A stretch of 64,000 nt of DNA from assembly GCA_026914245.1 (NCBI GenBank), contig CP110440.1:3286001-3350000 (forward strand), read 5' to 3'. Within the stretch, counting starts at the first letter, position 1. Every line of letters begins with the position of its first letter. Positions 60,639-64,000 of the stretch are shown here, piece after piece. This DNA comes from Puccinia triticina. Taxonomy: Eukaryota. The translations under genes were made by a program, and so were the position numbers. The notes under the pieces were generated by a model. It saw only the letters and a list, made by a program, of their open reading frames with translations, was not told the DNA's origin and ran no database searches.

Positions 60639-61722
60639 CTATAAGCTGTATTGATCAACGATATGTTTAAAGTTTTTCTTCAAGCGGCCCGTGGGATCCC
60701 AGACGTAAGGTAAATTGTTGATAAATTCCTTGGCATACGGGTCGAATTTGTCACGAGCCCAAAAGCTTATTCCCCATGCATAACTGATGTCCTCGAGGAT
60801 GTCATCCATGAATTTTTTCTGTACCTCATCGTGGGTTGTACCGGAGTAAGCAATATTGGTAAGAGCTTTGGCATAAGCCGCAATCTTGGCTCGCTCGTAA
60901 ACGATGTTTTCTTGCCGAGTCGCCAGCTGAGCCATCTCGTTCATCACGTCCCAGATCAGTTCGTTCAACTCTGGACTTGCTTTTGGTTCCGGGAGCGCTT
61001 TATCCATGTTGAACTGCCCAATCAGCTTTTTGACTAAGTCGGTTTGTGTGGCATCCGAGGTGAAATAAGCTGGCGGTTCTACAACATCCCGAGCACTATT
61101 ATCGCCCCTTAGGAACGATTTGCGGTACGATGAGCAATGGTCTTCAGAAGTGGTTTTTTCTCGGATACATTATTTCAGCTGCTTTATATATAACGGCTGC
61201 CAATGGTAAAAAATATGTGCGATTGCGAGTGATCAGGGTCACGTACCAAGCCGTTTTAGGAAGGATTTCAGTTTGTATATTTCAGGATTGTCTTCTTCTT
61301 CACGCTTTCTGGTCGCGCTCGCTAGGGCTGTGAAATCAACTTTCTCGTGAGATCGAAACCCCCGCATGAGTTTAGTTGCTTTTGTTCGTAGCCCTGGAAG
61401 AAATTCTTGAATTGATGATCCTTCTTCTTGCATATCTAAATAGATCAATCAACGGGGATCAATTTAGTCAGTGCGGTCCAGGGAGCTTGAGTAGATGGAC
61501 GGAAAAGATATAGTCTTTATCTATTTAAATTCCAAAAGAAGTCGCAAACATTGACAACAACATACGTGGAGTAAGTGATATCCCAGGGCTCCTATCTATA
61601 AGCGGAATTTCAGAGTCGCTCGAATAGCCCACTGCCCGCTGTTCAGGACTGACATGTGGAGCCCGACAACAAAGGAGATGGGCAAGTAGGAGCGTGCAGC
61701 TTAGGAGATACTTCGAGTTCAT
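60639..61722 (-). CDS. Secreted protein / effector candidate, 3 exons (61722-61566, 61435-61247, 61196-60639), with a 1-nt frameshift in exon 3
   Basis: Signal-peptide-like MNSKYLLSCTLLLAHLLCCRA; GTATGT..TAG and GTACGT..CAG introns keep the frame. Removing one A from the A6 run (61154-61159) joins exon 3 to the 60639-61007 ORF, giving ~300 aa. Confidence 0.7.
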
Positions 61723-61893
61723 GACAACTGTCTGGGGTGCTGGAAAGCTGGTTTGCGAGTCTAGATTGGGGTAAATGATCACACAAGGCGCGGTCGGATT
61801 CTATGTTGAGACGGAAGGAACAACAACCGCGCCAGAGGGTTCTTGACACCTCTTGACACTCGCTTCTCCGATAAGGGGCTTGTGTCAAGCTGG

Positions 61894-61950
61894 TTTCTGT
61901 GAATTCGGGTTTGGAGCTATAGTGTAGCTCCAAACCCGAATTCACAGAAA
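61894..61950. repeat. Perfect 26-bp inverted repeat with a 5-nt loop
   Basis: TTTCTGTGAATTCGGGTTTGGAGCTA-TAGTG-TAGCTCCAAACCCGAATTCACAGAAA. Confidence 0.95.
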
Positions 61951-62051
61951 AAACTTTTCTCCTGGACGCATCCTTTAGAGCTGTATATAGCTCTTACATA
62001 GCCAAAATTTATGAAACCTGTCTTCAGTGAAGAGCGAGGATATCAGGATTA

Positions 62052-63066
62052 CGGAAGCCCTAGGGGGACACGCATCCGGCCACTGTTTTGAAAAATCAAA
62101 AAATGTGATTTTACAAAATACAGATGCATGAAACGTGTACCACATGTATACACCTTCCAACTTCGGGATTCCCTGAAACCAGAAGTTGGATTCTTGAATC
62201 AATGGCCGGTGGAGATTGGTCATCGATAGGAGTCCACACCTCCGTTGATGCCCGGCCCGTACCGGCCGTCAATAGTCACTCGCCACATTCTCGATGACCG
62301 GTTTGTTCCAGTCATCGAGAAGAAGATGTACTTCTCGAGATGACCGGTTTGTTCCGGTCATCGAGAGGAGTTATGTACTTCCCAAGATCCGGAACGAACC
62401 GGTCATCTAGAGAAAGATGTACTCCTCAAAACGACCGGAATGAACCGGTCATCGAGAGAGTGATGTACTCCTCACAACGACCGGAACAAACCGGTCATCT
62501 TGAGGAGTAGATTGATGGCCGGTTCGTTCCGATCATCGAGGGAGTATGCACTCCTCCCGATGACCGGTTCATTCCGGCCATCTAGAGGAGTACATACTCC
62601 TCCCGATGACCGGTTCATTCCGGCCATCTAGAGGAGTACATACTCCTCCCGATGACCGGTTCGTTCCGGTCATCCTGAGGAGTACATACTCCTCTCGATG
62701 ACCGGTTCGTTCTGGTCATCTACAGGAGCGTATACTCATCTCGATGACCAAGAGGACAGCCCATTGAGGGGAGCCCTCAATGACCGAACGGACCTGCCAT
62801 CGAGGGGAATACGTTCCCGATGGCCGGTGTGTACCGCTCTGGCTGACCGGTCAGTACCGGTGACCGAGGAGTTGTTGATGAATCCGCGGTCCCATGGTAC
62901 GCCTTCTCAAGCTCTCACATGAAAACATGAGCTCTGAGATTCATGGAATCCCAAAGTTGGAAGGTTTATACATGTGGTACATGTTTCATGCATCTGTATT
63001 TTGTGAAATAGCATTTTGTTGATTTTTCCAAACGGTGGCCGGATGCGTGTCCCTCTAGGGCTTCCA
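62052..63066. mobile_element. Tc1/mariner-type non-autonomous element with an internal palindromic repeat array
   Basis: TA TSD; ~130-bp TIRs CGGAAGCCCTAG.GGGACACGCATCCGGCC; ~46-bp units TCGATGACCGG-TTCGTT-CCGGTCATCGA plus GAGGAGTACATACTCCTC at 62290-62830. Confidence 0.88.
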
Positions 63067-63262
63067 TAGGATACTACTAGAAGTGATGGAAAAACTCCCC
63101 CAAGGGAAGAATATGATTTGCAAAGTATGTAGAGTATATATACAAGAGTGATTATGTAATTGGGTTGATGAGTAAAAATATGTAAAACCATAATGAAAGT
63201 ATGTAGTAAGATATAATATGATATGATGAAAATACGTAAAACCATGACAATATTTATGGTTA

Positions 63263-63458
63263 GGGTGTTCAAAGTTGACTTGCATAAAATCATAACACCA
63301 TAAAATCATAAAATTCTAAGCTGAAAAAATATGTTGCACCCAAGCACTCAAATTAGAGCAACATTTCTAGAATGATACATATGAAATCATCACTTGAAAG
63401 TTTTACGATTTTATGATTTTATGCATTGAAAATTTTATGATTTCAACTTTGAACACCC
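63263..63458. mobile_element. PIF/Harbinger (Tourist-like) MITE, inverted copy of 35105-35301
   Basis: Same TIRs; flanks TTA / TTG. Confidence 0.9.
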
Positions 63459-64000
63459 TTGGTATTCAAAATTGCATAAGATTTTTTTACACCACGGGAG
63501 TGCGCCGACGTTGGTTTGCTGATTGTTTTTGCCGGCAACCTGACCCTCCCCGACCCAGCCAAACCTTCCTGCTGGCCGCTGTCGTGGTGTCGCGGTTTGC
63601 AGCCACAGTGTCGGGCTGACCACAAGCGCTGCCGCATATCTGACGGCAGCAGGGGCGGGTCGTCAACAGGCTGCCCTTGTTCAAACAAATCTCTCAGCGA
63701 CTCTCCAGGTTGTGAGATTATGTTTTTGGGCAGCCCCATTGGCAATCAGCCATCAAGCTACCCGCCATGTGATGGGTGCGTGGGATCATGTACTCGCACC
63801 TCTGCCGTGAGAGGCCGTGAGATTCCAGGCATGAGACACTCGGTGCGCTGCAAAAAAATCTTTGTAGCAAGCAAGGCTTGAACCCATGTTCCATCAGCAG
63901 CCCATGCTCAGAGGCACCGCATCTTCCAACTCGGCCAAAGGCCAATGATGATTGGTTGATGGGTAAAATTTGAGAATACAGCCTAGCATCCTCAAGATGG

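Noticed and set aside
62290..62830. CRISPR-like repeat/spacer array
   Set aside because: The spacers are themselves near-identical repeats, there are no cas genes, the context is eukaryotic, and the array lies inside a TA-flanked TIR element.

Overview
Eukaryotic, transposon-dense DNA, most likely from a rust fungus (Pucciniales, Puccinia-like), judged from TE protein families, short GT-AG introns and a rust-style secreted protein; the taxon is an inference. 1-8 kb holds decayed copia, gypsy and hAT remnants plus MITEs. 8.3-18.2 kb holds three adjacent non-autonomous Helitrons carrying captured gene fragments (a YTH m6A-reader fragment, a mitochondrial-carrier fragment). 18.2-19.6 kb is a Mutator-like foldback element. 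19.6-55.4 kb is a five-level nest with a target-site duplication (TSD) readable at every level: MULE (transposase plus a USP-like protease region) > CACTA foldback with a 173-bp satellite > chromoviral gypsy B > chromoviral gypsy A > young copia and a Tourist MITE. 55.4-64 kb holds mariner-like and hAT remnants and the only host-like gene, a 3-exon secreted-protein (effector candidate) gene with a homopolymer frameshift. Most notable: a multi-intron sense-strand accessory gene in the gypsy leader, a copia PBS matching the anticodon arm of tRNA-Tyr (half-tRNA priming), Helitrons with shared ends and promoter but different cargo, and a nearly CpG-free intact gypsy gag-pol. All calls were made by eye; no searches were run.
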